Below are positions 26,000 through 38,900 of a stretch of DNA of 64,000 nt, one piece after another. The notes below the pieces were generated by a model, which ran no database searches, was not told where the DNA came from, and worked only from the letters and a program-made list of their open reading frames with translations. Numbering within the stretch: position 1 is the stretch's first letter; each line of letters opens with the position of its first letter. The stretch comes from Haliotis rubra (lineage: Eukaryota): positions 186,001 to 250,000 of the forward strand of contig NW_025767403.1 in NCBI RefSeq assembly GCF_003918875.1, given 5' to 3'. Made by a program: the position numbers and the translations under genes.

Positions 26000-26138
26000 A
26001 GTAGCCTTGTGGTTCATGCCGGAGACCCGGGTTCGAATCCTCTGATGAATACTATGTATGAAGCCCATTTCTGGTGTCCCCCGCTCTGATATTGCGGGAA
26101 TATTGCTAAAAGCTGTGTAAAGCTAAACTCACTCACTC
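26000..26138 (+). mobile_element. SINE family A, diverged
   Basis: B box, body and tail. Confidence 0.75.
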
Positions 26139-26564
26139 TGGTTAACAACATCCGAGTGTCGGCACGAAGGAAGGCATGATGAATGAAATAAATTTTATTC
26201 AGTTTTACCATGGATAAAAGTATTTAGATAAATATAAGGCAACAGGTATTAGAGGTATATGTTCAATCTTAAATGCGTCAGAGAAATTAACATTACAACG
26301 ATTTTAGAATTAATAATGTAACTCTTGCAACGATTTCGCAAGCCGTTTGATGTTGTTATATATTTTCTTATGCAAATAGAAAAAGGCTCGACGGCATTGT
26401 CAGCCAAGGAAAAACTGGTTAAGCTTTCGTCGTTATGCGTTAAAGAGCATGGTTGTTGTGTTTCCTCTTCTTTTGGCACCATTATTATAAATAAGGCGGC
26501 TTCAGTACCACACATCGATATCCAAGTCTTGTATCGCAATAAACGCTTCGTTATCTTACATTGT

Positions 26565-27074
26565 TTGATTGTTTGTTGTCTTACGGTGCACTCAGCAATG
26601 TTGTAGCTATGTGGCGCTGGTCTGTAAATAATCGAGTCTGGACCTGAAAATCTAGTGATCAACAGCATGAGGAACAATCTACGCATTTGGGATACGATGA
26701 CATGTGTCAACCAAGTCAGCGAACCTGACCACCCGATCCCTTCATTCGCCTCTTGTTGTTTGTGAAAGTGCAAATGTATCAGTGCAGATGCATTTTTCTA
26801 TCAATTTACATTGTTGTTTGTGAAAGTGCTTATGTGAATAAAATATAAAAAAAATTAAAAAGTTCTGCAAATGTATATTTGTCAATTTACATTGTTGTAT
26901 GTGAATAAAGTATTAAAAACCCGAATATCAATTTTTTTCTTAACATCTGTTATAAAAAAATATAGGACTTTTTTTCCTAGGCAAATTTAGTACTTTTTTT
27001 CCGAGGACTTTTTTTCCGAACACCGACAAGCATGGGTTGCTGATGATCAGTTCTAACCCGGACCTTCACGGGTC
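26565..27074 (-). mobile_element. SINE family B split by a ~270 bp insertion (about 26755-27023)
   Basis: The SINE breaks at CGCCTCTT and resumes at CGACAAGCATGGG. Confidence 0.78.
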
Positions 27075-28431
27075 ACAGGGTTATTGTATTTCTTCGTCTG
27101 TTATATCTAAGATTGTATTTATGTGTTTTATTTGAGATAGTGGCCCTTTTTTGCCTTGATTAACACTAGTTAACTGAGTTGGTTCAAGTCAGCTCTGTTT
27201 ACTAGAAAGATGGCAACCTCGGTTGACTTAGGTCACTCAAATATATCTTATCGGCATAGCATGATATTATCCATATAGATGAAATGATCTTACATATATG
27301 GATGAATGAGGTTCAAATGAATAGTGTATGGATAACCGAGGTTCCGGTTTACGTTGATGTCTGAAACTGGCAATCACAAACTGAAGAAAGAAAGAAATAT
27401 TTCCAGAACTGTGTCATCTCGGGAGGTCTGTGATCTTCATCAAGGGGCACTTGAGTCGTGTGTTATGACACGTCAGTCCTCTTCCCGTGTAATCACGACC
27501 CCCGCGCCGCCATTTAATGAACCCCACCTACCCATGTCCAGCTCTTGAATCACGTCACAAGTAAACACATTGTTGTCTGTTGTGATGTCGCTGTAGCACC
27601 CGTCTTGGTGCACAACAAGCGGTAAACAAAGAGAATGATACGATTGTGAATCCTTCAATCGGACAATTTTCGGGAGCAAGGTTGAGTCGAAGGAGTAATA
27701 ATTGTTTTCACGTCGTTAAATCAAGTGTAAAGCTCACAAGGCAGAGTGTGGCGCGTGCGAGCTATCTGAGAACCATATTTGATTTTATGACGGAGAAGCT
27801 CATTGCTCTATCGGGCCTTCTCGTTCGCATATTTCCGCCATACAAGCGGTTTTAATTCGTTATAGCAGCGTTTATTATCCCGCTTGCCCGACCGTCCTGA
27901 ACGGTCCATTTTCATCTCGGACTGTCAAATTTCAAAAGTAGCCTGTCCGGTGGTCTGGTAGATGTTTTTACACCTAACAGTGAATATTTCTTAATATCAG
28001 ACAGCTTCTCTTGTCGTCAGTTTGAGGTGTTTACGGTATTATGATAATTATGTTAAACGATTTACGATTGGACAGTTCATTTTATAATAACCAATCACAA
28101 CACATGTACTTTCAGTTTACCTAAACTCGGTTAGTGCTATGTAGTTCATTGTGATGCCTACACACAGTAAAGTATTCAGAAACCTGATGATTTTTTTGGC
28201 TTTTCATTGTTGAAATCCGGACAGGCAAGTTTGCATCCGGACTGGTAATGTTTTAAAGTTACCTGTCCGGCTGTCTGGCTTGGAATTTTGGAAGTTTTAA
28301 ACACTGGTTATAGTCAGACTTTCTACTCAATTGAATGTATCTTATCTGCCTGTCATTAAACAAAGACTTATTGGTCATGTTTTCAAGTTTATTGGAAGTC
28401 AGTTGTCCAGTTTTACTAAGTGTAGATTGTA

Positions 28432-29476
28432 TAGTATGACCAGAAATTATTGAGAATTTTAGGAATATGTTTAATTGAATTTCTAGTATAAACAACCTTG
28501 ACCAGCTTTCAAGTGCTTGGTTTCATTCAAGAGAGTAGGCCCAGAAAATTGACTGTCCGTGACAGGAGGCGGCTTGGTATTCTTGTTTCTAAAAACAAAC
28601 CAAGGAGTTTAGAAAACTTAAGGCTGGATATGATTGATAGAGGAACTGTGGCTGTCTGTAAGGAGATAATTAGAACTGAGCTGCATGCAATGGATTGGCA
28701 GAAAAGTTGAGGAATTCCATCACCGACCATGAAACCTGAACAAAAGGAGCGAAGGTTGAACTGGTGCTTACAGCATAGAAATTTTAACTATGACAATGTG
28801 ATTTTCTCAGATGAAAGTTCTGTGTGGCTGTTTCCTAATACACCGAAATTCTGGACCAAACAAACTGAAAAACCTTTGTATCAGCGCCCATAGTACAGTC
28901 CGAAATTTAACGTGTGGGGTGGCATATCTATGTTAGGGGCAACGCCCCTCTGTGTATTTGAAGGGAATATGAACAGTGAGCGGTACACAGATATTCTCGA
29001 CGGACATTTACTTCCATCTGCTCACGTGTTTATGGAAATTTTTGGATTTTCCAGCAGGAAAACGACCCAAAACATCGTTCAAAGCATTCACAGGCCTGGT
29101 TTCGGACCCAAAATATGACATTATTAGATTGGCCAAGCTATAGCCCTGACCTAAATCCAATAGAAAATGTTTGGGGACTTATGAAGGAAAGTGTCAATAA
29201 GAAAAATCTGACAAATATTGCTGAAATGAAAGAAGAGGTGGTCCGATATTGGGACAGCATGGACCACGACTTTCTAACTTCTTTGATCAGTAGTATGCCC
29301 CGCCGCATTGAAGCCTGCATTGCTGCCCATGGTGACTTGACAAAATACTAACTGTTCACCTGTCTTTGAATCTGGAGTTATGTTCTGCTAATATTCACAT
29401 TTAATACGCGAGGAATGAGTGAAAAAAAATTAAAAAATTACAATCATTAAATTCTCAATAATTTCTGGTTGTACTG
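28432..29476 (+). mobile_element. Defective Tc1-family DNA transposon (internally deleted, frameshifted transposase)
   Basis: About 28 bp TIRs YAGTAYRACCAGAAATTATTGAGAATTT flanked by TA; motifs VIFSDES, VWGGIS, QQENDPKH, WPSYSPDLNPIENVW, SMPRRIEACI; internal stops at about 28710 and 28890. Confidence 0.93.
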
Positions 29477-30641
29477 TATAAACATATTATTGATACTTTT
29501 CTTTTGCAATATCATCTTCAAAAATCAATTCCTGCAATTTATACAAAATATTTTTCTAAATTTCGACCTAATTTCCATGTTCACAACCGATTAGCTGTAC
29601 AGCTAAAGATAAATAAAGAATTGAACTGAATTGAGTTAAAACTATTTAAGAAAACATGTAGTCTAATCCAATACAAGCCGACCCCTTCATTATTGAACTT
29701 AGACTCTCCCAGTGTGTTAAAACGGTCTGAAATTCGACCGATTAGCACAGAACCACTCAAGCATGATTCGACAGATCGGCACTGCTGACTGTTCAAAATT
29801 CGACGGATTAGGCCGTAACCCATAGAAGCCAATGTGTCTAGTTGATGTACAAAGGGGTGGCTGATAGTCTATTTGATATACAAAGGCAAGGATGGTCAGT
29901 TTTCTTGGTATAAACATGAGGTAATATGCCAGTGTCACCAATATAGTGGGAATATTTCACAAAGTTATCCTAGGTATAGTGGGAATATGCTCCGCCTTTG
30001 GGTACAGTATACCTGTACGGTACCTTGCAGAAGTACAGACAAGCTGCGTATCTGCGTAAATTACGCAAATATTTATGTGAAAACTCGATTCCTATTAAGT
30101 CTATTGCGTACAAGTACGTTTGAATTTTAGTAAATACTCAATAGATTTGATCTTACATGCGTGCATACAAAAATGTCAAATCTTAGCTTGCGTACCGATG
30201 AATTAGTTCCTGTCACCAAACCTATTAGAATTTGGAGTAAACAGGCCCATGGGCTACAGATCGAGATTACTGAAGATAGATAAATTAACTGAGGTATATT
30301 GAGAGGTTCTATTTCAGCACATGAACGTAGCAATTTGCAGTCTTTCTTACCATTTCTCATATTACAGATCAAATGTAAATAACAAACACGTAAACCAACA
30401 TATAAACTTTAGTATATTTTTACAATTAATGGAAAATGGCAAAATACCCAGTTGAGTTTGAGGGAGGTGGGTACAATTTATGTGGTTACTCAAATGAAAA
30501 TTAGGATACCCAATTGAGATGAACACAAGCGAGTACATAACTCAATGACCCGAAAAGTTATCTGTAGCCCTGACGTTGTCTGCGGTACTGTGGCTACATG
30601 CCACACCGTTCTCTGTAGTATTGCAGCCAGGTCTGTTCCTG

Positions 30642-30898
30642 GTGGGGTAGAATAGGTCTTCAGCAACCCATGCGTGCCACAAAAGGCGACTATGCTTGTC
30701 GTAAGAGGCGACAAACGGTATCGGGTGGTCAGGCTCACTGACTTGGTTGACACATGTCATCGGTTCCCAATTGCGCAGATCGATGCTCATGCTGTTGATC
30801 ACTGGATTGTCTGGTCCAGACTCGATTATTTACAGACCGCCGCCATATAGCTGGAATAATCCTGTGTGCGGAGTAAAACTAAACTCACTCACTCACTC
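30642..30898 (+). mobile_element. SINE family B variant with a duplicated AAGGCGACTA motif
   Basis: Body and tail near consensus. Confidence 0.85.
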
Positions 30899-31012
30899 TG
30901 TTCCTGGTTTGTTGTGTGCTTTCATGTTTAAACATGACGAATGCATTAACATGGAGTACACTCCATCAATCCACCCCCTAACGTTCTATGTATCGCCACA
31001 TTGTTATTGGTC

Positions 31013-31184
31013 AGGGGCGGTAGCCTAGTGGTTAAAGCGTTGGCTCGTCACTTGGCTACACGCCGAAGACCCGGGTTCGAATCCCCACATGGGTACAATG
31101 TGTGAAGCCCATTTCTGGTGTCCCCCGCCGTGATGTTGCTGGAATATTGCTAAAAGCGGCGAAAAACCGAACTCAGTCAGTCAG
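31013..31184 (+). mobile_element. SINE family A
   Basis: TSD TGTTATTGGTCA; small internal duplication in the head. Confidence 0.9.
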
Positions 31185-31482
31185 TGTTATTGGTCACGTT
31201 TCCAGGTCAGCTTCAAGACAATAGTATCGCAACCATCCGATTTCTGACTCGTATTTGTTGATTTTATGAGCGCTTCGATATATTTTCTTTTTCGAAAACA
31301 TGAATGCATTTGTTTTTAACCACTTTGTTTCTTGGTTTGTTAATGTCACATTCAGCAGTGGTCTGACATGAACATGGTGGTCTGCAGTTAATAAAGTCTG
31401 GACCAGAGTATCCAGTGATCGACATTGTCAACAATGATCTTCAGAGAACCATGGTATTCTATCAATCATTATGTCCATCATA

Positions 31483-31666
31483 ACGGGATAGGGTGGTCAG
31501 ATTCGCTGGCTTGGTTGACACATGTCATCGGTTCCCAATTGCGCAGGTCGATGCTCATGCTGTTGACCACTGGATTGTCTGGTCCAGACTCGATTATTTA
31601 CAGACCGCCGCCATATAGCTGGAATATTTCTGAGTGCGGCGTAAAATTAAACTCATTCACTCATTC
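31483..31666 (+). mobile_element. SINE family B, 5'-truncated
   Basis: Body and tail. Confidence 0.85.
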
Positions 31667-31914
31667 ATGTCCATTAAGTCCTCTTTGGACCAGAATATAT
31701 TGCTAAGGACGTACTATGAGCCAGCATCAGCACAAAGGGCTTTCTACTGTGGCTTTCAAACTAAAACCGGAGACACCATAAATGGTGCTTATACATATTG
31801 TGCTTAAATAAGCACGCTTAGTCAGGTTTTATATGTGAAATCCCACTGAAATGAGTCAATAATTTGTTACATTAGATGCCAAGGCAAATTACGTAACATA
31901 CCTCGTGCCATGGG

Positions 31915-32170
31915 TGAGTGAGTTATGTTTTACGTCGCTTTTATCAATATTACAGCAACATCACGGCGGGGTACACCAGGGCCTAGATTTTCGAAGCTCT
32001 CTTAGCGCTAAGATAGTCGGAAGTGCCATGCATTAACATTAACTTACGACTATCTTAGCGCTAAGAAGCTTCGAAAATCTAGGCCCTGAACTGTATCCAC
32101 ATGGGGAATCGAACCAGGGTCTTCGGCGTGACGAGCGAACTCTTTAACAACAAGGATATCCCACCAGCCC
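31915..32170 (-). mobile_element. SINE family A carrying a nested palindromic MITE
   Basis: Two halves of the SINE flank 31977-32088. Confidence 0.8.
31977..32088. mobile_element. Palindromic MITE (~45 bp TIRs)
   Basis: CAGGGCCTAGATTTTCGAAGCT..CTTAGCGCTAAGATAGTCG and its reverse complement. Confidence 0.85.
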
Positions 32171-32194
32171 TCTAAATTCAGACCAGTCAACCTG

Positions 32195-32320
32195 GACTCG
32201 TCACGCTGAAGACCCGGGTTCGATTCCCCACATGGGTACAATGTTTGAAGCCCATTTCTGCTTTCCCCCCGCCGTGATGTAGGAATATTGCTAAAAGTGG
32301 CGTCAAACTAAACTGACTGT
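32195..32320 (+). mobile_element. SINE family A, 5'-truncated
   Basis: B box, body and tail. Confidence 0.8.
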
Positions 32321-32361
32321 GCCAACTGAGTTGGGGGTGACTCCAACATTGTCTATAGTTC

Positions 32362-32690
32362 AGAGAGCGGAAGGTCGCGGGTTCGATCCCCGACCGCGTC
32401 ATACCAAAAGACGTTAAAATATGGTACTTGTTGGTCGCTGCCTGGCGCTCGGCATTAATGGGTACAGCAAGGACTGGTCGGCTCGGAGTCAGTATAATGT
32501 GTCTGAGTGAGGTATTCATGCTTCACTGCGGCATGGTATCTCAGTGGGCTAGCACTATAAAACCAGCTTCAGTCTGGGCTAGTACAAGCAGCCGCACATA
32601 AACATACACACGCATGCACGTCGTCATATGAGCGAAATATTCTCAAGCACGACGTTAAACCCAATTTCACCTCACCTCACCTCACCTCAT
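32362..32690 (+). mobile_element. SINE family C
   Basis: TSD TCTATAGTTCAG. Confidence 0.9.
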
Positions 32691-32790
32691 CTCTATAGTT
32701 CAGCAATACTAAAGCTGCGTGTCGGTGGGACAGTGTTCACATATTTATCACTAATCCCAATCTAGCACAGACCAACAGCAAACTATTCTA

Positions 32791-33348
32791 CAGTCCGTTT
32801 GGCACCAAATCGGACCGATGAAGTGCAATCTAACTCAAAAACTAATAAACATATAATATTTTCAATGAAACACTGATCATAATCAAAACATCAGACCAAC
32901 TCTGTGATTTTTTTGCAGAATTTATGTCCTAATAATAAAAAAAGTTGTTCAACAAACTATCATTAAAATTTTGACACAGTTCACTATTTGTTACGAGGGA
33001 GGGGTGCAAAGAGAGGAACAGCCAGGTGTACGAGAAAGGATGGAGACAGCACAGCACAGGTAAATGATTCAATAACTTTGTCGGCACTTGTGCACGTGCT
33101 CCGCGTACACCTGGCTGTTCCTCTCTTTGCACCCCTCCCTCGTAACAAATAGTGAACTTTGTCAAAATTTTAATGATAGTTTGTTGAACAACTTTTTTTA
33201 TTTTTAGGACATAAATTCTGCAAAACAATCACAGAGTTGGTCTGATGTTTTGATTATGATCAGTGTTTCAATGAGTAGCCTACTACATGTTTAGTAGTTT
33301 TTGAGTTAGATTGCAATTCATCGGTCCGATCTGGAGACAAACGGGCTA
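32791..33348. mobile_element. Foldback/MITE with ~240 bp TIRs and a ~70 bp spacer
   Basis: 32791-33032 is close to the reverse complement of 33103-33348. Confidence 0.88.
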
Positions 33349-33354
33349 TTTTAG

Positions 33355-33778
33355 TCGTCAGAGGCGACTGCAATGTATCGGGTAGTCAGGTTCGGTTGCT
33401 TGGTGATGTGTGTTTCATCATACCCCACTGGCGTGGGTCATTGCTCACAATATCGACCACTGGATTGTCTGGTTCAGACTCGCTTGCTCCCATCGGGTAA
33501 CTATAGTAGAATATTGCCGATTGCGGTGTTGAACAACAAGCAGTCACATGAAGATGACACAAGATACCTAGTGCTCGTCGCGAGGTTTACGTCTAAAGGG
33601 CGATAACTCTGTCTTTCACCTGATAAGAAGGGCAGTAAAATCTCTACGTTTACCTGATGAGGTTCATGCGATAAACGTGGATCAAAGTTTTTAAGTGAGT
33701 TTGTGAGTTTAGTTTTACGCCGCACTCAGCAATGTTCCAGCTATATGGCGGCGGCCTGTAAATATTCGAGTCTGGACC
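33355..33778. mobile_element. Two family B fragments (33355-33540 +, 33695-33778 -)
   Basis: Sequence similarity to the family consensus. Confidence 0.65.
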
Positions 33779-34360
33779 ATTTTGTTCTGCGAGCTGGGGG
33801 GGTCGTCAATTTTGTACACACGTACTAGAGGGGGTCATCAATTTTATACATAAAAATATGCTTAGAAATTATGGGTAGGGGAGGGGGTCATTGATTTTGT
33901 ACATGACATGCAGGGGGGTCACTTATTTTGTACATAAATCTTAGGGGGGGTCATTCACATTGTACAAGCTTCTCCATAAAAATCATCATCACATCACTCT
34001 AATACACAACACGATCTGATAGAAAAATCACTAGTATCCAGATTTGACAAAATGTAATGCATTGAGTAGGAAGGAATTCACAAGACAATATAGGATAGTA
34101 GGTGGTTTCCGTTAAAGATGGCAACTTGTACAAATACCCACATGATGAAAAAGATTTTTTATTTCAGTAATGGGTGATGTGATGTGAATAACAAAAAGCA
34201 GATAATACTGGGTACACGGTATTCATTACCAAGTACCATATGGACATGAAAAAGACTAATCCCGATTTTGAGCTGCTTTGCAAGTCATCGTTCTCATTTG
34301 AAGACAAACAAATTGTAAACGACGCGAAGAAATGTCAGGTAGTAAGAAGAAGGTAACGCC

Positions 34361-34482
34361 AGTGAGTGAGTTTAGTTTTACGCCGTTCTTAGCAATATTC
34401 TAGCAACATCACGGAGTTGGTACCAGGAATGAGCTTCAAACATCGTACCCATGTGGGGGATCGAACCTCCAGGCTACCCCCA
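34361..34482 (-). mobile_element. SINE family A, diverged
   Basis: Tail and body similarity. Confidence 0.7.
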
Positions 34483-34861
34483 TGGCCTGTCATTGTTTTC
34501 ATTGAATCCTGCTGAAATACCCGAACAAAATATATTGAGTTTTTTAACAAATGCCTGTAGTGTATGTCCACACATCTGTTCCTTGTGAGTGATAGCCTAG
34601 AGGTTAAAGCGCTCGCTCGTCACGCCGCAGACCAAGGTTCAATTCTAAACTGAGTCTAAAATATTGCATAACATTTACATTTTGGTGATAATAAATTCTG
34701 TATGTACACATCCTTTCGTCTGTGACAGACCATGGCAATAAACTGTTCAGGTTATTCTACCTTCTAAATCTACATATTGGATTTATGTAGATAAATAATC
34801 GTATTTGTAACATAATCGATGTGCATTGGATCAATCACTGGTTGATTGATTCTGATTTTGA

Positions 34862-35022
34862 GGTGCGGTGTGGTAGCCTAGTGGTTCAAGCGTTCGCTCG
34901 TCACTCCGAAGACCCGGGTTCGATTCCCCACATGAGTACAATATGTGAAGCCCATTTCTGGTGTCCCGCCGATATTCCTGAGATAATGCTCAAAGCGGTT
35001 TGAAACTAAAATCACTGAACTC
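34862..35022 (+). mobile_element. SINE family A
   Basis: A/B boxes and body. Confidence 0.85.
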
Positions 35023-35174
35023 AGATTTAGATATCATTGTCAGGCGGTCCTAATATAGACGGACATTGCGTAGAGTGCAGCTTTTAACAAGAAATGGGCG
35101 AATTAAATCGTTACAATTATGAACTATCACAAATTATACGTCTCGCATTGACAGAAATCTCAAACACGACGATC

Positions 35175-35342
35175 CATAGGCGAATCCAGAGGGGGGTGCA
35201 GGGGTGCGCACCCCCCCCCCCCCCTTTTTGTCCTGAAAGTTTATTAAATGACCATTGCAACTCGGGTGAAAATGAAATGTGCACCCTCCCTTTTCTAAAT
35301 AGTGCGCACCCCCCCTTTCTCAAAAAGCTGTATCCGCCCCTG
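35175..35342. mobile_element. hAT-like MITE with 5 bp TSD
   Basis: Ends CATAGGCGAATCCAG / CTGTATCCGCCCCTG; TSD CGATC on both sides. Confidence 0.75.
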
Positions 35343-35739
35343 CGATCCGTAGCGCCAAATGGTGATACGCAACGTGGTGTACTACTGATGGGAATTATGG
35401 CTGTATATAAATATCTTACCTGCATCCCGTAGCCCATTATTGGCCTCATCCGCCATAATGTTACGTAAACATTGACCCAAATAGCATAGTAACATCCACA
35501 TTCTGTCGAGTATTTGGTCCAAATGATAGATCATGTTATTTAAAAAACTCCAAATGACCAATTTTTTTTCCATTTCAAATTTAAATCTCGTTGCGCTTCA
35601 GTAGCTCTTTCTAGCATCTGTTCCATATTTCATACGTTATTTGGAAGAATCTATAATTGTGTGATTAGTCATAAATTAAATGTTTCAGGTGAGGTTCGTG
35701 GAATCGGCGCTCATTTCTGAACGTGGTTTCTCGACTTTT

Positions 35740-35890
35740 GAACTCAATGACCCCGAAATTCCTTGACGTCAAAGGAGTTCCCCGGGTGCGGAAACGAGGC
35801 TAATACATATTCATGATGTGTTTCTAAAGAAAATGGCGGCCTCCAGAGAAAGATGTCGTCCCGTGTTACGAATTTTGAGATAATGGAACT
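35740..35890 (+). promoter_or_regulatory. Probable USF3 core promoter/5' leader with CRE palindrome (TTGACGTCAA, 35763-35772) and YY1 motif (AAAATGGCGGC, 35830-35840)
   Basis: CpG-richer stretch with canonical motifs immediately upstream of exon 1. Confidence 0.6.
35833..35883 (+). other. uORF1 (16 codons, MAASRERCRPVLRILR)
   Basis: aaaATGg ... TAA; the stop overlaps the next ATG (TAATG). Confidence 0.5.
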
Positions 35891-35969
35891 ATGGCTAGCA
35901 AAACAAAGAACAAAGGATTACACAAAGATGGCAGTCGCTCAAAAGAAGGCTTATCTTCTAAAAAGGACG
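35891..35969 (+). CDS. USF3: USF3 coding exon 1 (MASKTKNKGLHKDGSRSKEGLSSKKD/G)
   Basis: ATG in strong context (actATGg); donor G|GTATGT; phase 1 joins in frame to exon 2; lies just downstream of CRE and YY1 motifs. Confidence 0.7.
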
Positions 35970-38900
35970 GTATGTGTTACTGAGGACATGCTTGTTCCCG
36001 CGCAAACGATCAGCTCCTGTTCTAGGTGACCCATTTCTATCTCACCTGTCAAGTGAGCTGAAATTCCAACTAGGTTTGAATAATTGGCGATCGCAGTTCC
36101 AAACAGTGGTTGGTTCCCTCTTATACACGAGCCTTGTTAACTACGCTGCTTGCTAATTTGCTTCGCCATTATTTAAATAGCAAGGAAACACGTAGCGAAT
36201 CCGTGATAAACAACAAATATGAACAGAAGATCTGTTCTTATTGTTGTATACCTGATGAACGGGAGGGTTTTCGCCGAGGTATGTTTTTGACATAATTCCC
36301 GGAAAGTGAGTTTTACAAAGTCACATAGTCGTAATGCATCACACCTGAGGTCAGTGACCAGGAACATTAACACACCTCGTGGTTCACCAGGCCTTAGCCA
36401 TCGTGTCTAGTGATTAAAAAAACCTGTCACATATCACTTTTCGTCACATCAAAGGAAATATATCCAAGAAGACATGTTGACATTTGAGATATGAAGGTAA
36501 AGTTAAACTTACAAAAATAGCATGCTTTCCCAAATAGCAAGTGTGTCATGAGAGCGCAAACACTTGACAGTCATAGCCGGTATGCTGTCACTTGTAGAGA
36601 CTAGGATATATGATTGAAGTTTGTGTAATACAAGACAATGCGAGAAACTGTACCGTTGTCAAACAAATTCACAAACTGGCAATGTTTTAAAGGTATCAGT
36701 GTTGAGATATTTGACAAACATGTTATGAAAGGTAGTACAAAACCTGAATAAAGCTGTTGACAGTTGTCACTGGTATCTAATTTTCTCTGTGGACACGTTT
36801 TGTCAGCTCTAAATGTAACCAATATCTCTATAAAGGGAGTTATGTGCTTCACCACTAATAATTGCTATCCATCCGGGCCAGTAGAGTTTGGGAAACCGGC
36901 AAACTAGCGTTTGTTTGTTTTTGTTGGCAAACATAGTTGTTAAGCCTGTAATTTTTGGTGAGAATATGTTCAGTCCAATAATGACAGTAATCTGAACATT
37001 ATGTGGTAGATGAAAATTAGTATATATAGGTCCGTCTCCTATTCTCGCGGGTTCCTATTCTCGCGGTAAACACGTTTTCTGCCGAAATCGCCGATGCGCG
37101 ACACTTAGCGGTTGTTTACACCACCGACTGGTAACTAAGAAGTGGACCAAGTCTGTGAGTGATCAAAATCTTGCAGTGTCACGAATATTGGGGAGTTTAT
37201 ACCAACTTGGACATATCATTACTTTTTACCGCCCTTTCCGGCAGGATTGCTCTTACATACACTCAATAACGTTAATTCCTGGTAATACCGCGAGAATGGG
37301 AGAAGCCTCGTTTCGTCAATGGCGGATGGCATTGTTTATCACCGGGCTCACGAGTGGTAATTCACCTGATGGATCTGGCAGCTGATAGATCTAGATGTTA
37401 GAGGAGAAGGCCCTTCATTTAAAAACAACATGCATTAATACGATAAGAATTGTACGTGTTATTTTTCAGCCGATATCCGTAAGTACCACGAGAATAGGAC
37501 ACCTTCTTATGTAAGTGGTCGATGTGTTAGCTTCTGAGTTCAAGTGCCAACATGGAAACTGTTTGAAGCCCACATTTGGTGTCCCCAGCCATGATAATGC
37601 TGCAATATTGCTTTAAGCTGCAAACAATAGCATACTCACTCACACATCAGCTTATGGAGTTCAGTATTTCCATTTGAAAAACACAGCACAAAATTAGAAA
37701 TTAAACTTGAAAGTCAGTTGGTGCTTGTCATGACCCTGTGAATAAAAATGGAGGATTTGAGGCAAATAACATTACAAAAATCTGAAGAAGGAATCCTCAA
37801 GAAACCCCTGTCTCTTTTATTTGAACTAGACACCATCACAGAAAATAGAACTGTCAAGAAAAACCTGCTGCTGTTTCTATTTCAGAAGAATTGTACTCAT
37901 TTGGAACTGGTGGCGCAGACATTTATGGTTTCCCCGATAAGGATCCATTCTAACCATGCCCACAAGTTAAAAGTCCCTATCCACGCTAACAGGTTTTATC
38001 CAAATATAAAGAGTTGACAACAAGCATAACTTTCCTCCCACATCAGCCATGAGTCAAACAGTTAAATGTAACTCAACGAATTATCAAGTTTCATTCTGTC
38101 AAACAAACAAAAATTATTTTGTTAAAAATTAGCATGTTTTTACCCGTGGCGATTTAATATGTGTCTAGTCCAAAAATTGAATTGTTTGTTTCATATTCGT
38201 TGCTCCATCTTTGTTTCACTGTTAATATGAACCTGTGATTTATCATTTCATGATTATTTATCCAGGAAAATGGGGGGAAACATCATTTTGTTAAAAATTG
38301 TGATTTTTTTAAGGGCTGCATACTCAGCAATATTTATGCACTGTATTTTAAGATTGTATTCAGTCCTTTAGGAAACAGGGTTTTATCTAAGATTCCAAGC
38401 TACATGCCTCTGGCAGACAAATTTAAATTTTGTTCAAAAGTGGGATTTCATAAAGTTCTTATTTTCATAGGTATTTTAAATTGCATTGTATCACTGTCTG
38501 TTACAGTAATGTAAAAGTAAACCTCTTCTTTGTTTTGGTCCTGTTATCAATCATTATCTATTTGACCAAGCTGTCATTTCAGTTATACAAGTTATACAGT
38601 ATATACACAAAGTGGGTAGTTATTTCACTTAATTCTCATTTGGAAATTTTTATTGACATTTGCTGCAGACTAGATAAATCCCAGTAAAACTAACAATGAG
38701 AACCTACATATATTAGCCCTTTTAACAATGAAATACAAGTTATCTCTAAAACACCATAAAAGTAAATATTGGTTAAAGCTTACATGCAACGCACAGTACA
38801 ACTTTGCAGATTCTAATACCGTTCGGTATGGATTTACAGTAACAAATTATCAAAAAATGCAAATTCCACTTATAAAGTTGAAAAGTAACGCACTGAAAAA

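Noticed and set aside
30490-31706. Recurrent ORFs with MLMLLITGLSGPDSIIYRPPPYSWN
   Set aside because: Translations of SINE family B
33640-33685. CTGATGA...GATAAACGT hammerhead-like motif
   Set aside because: Lacks an intact GAAA core and stem I/III arrangement; explained by a simple 10 bp hairpin
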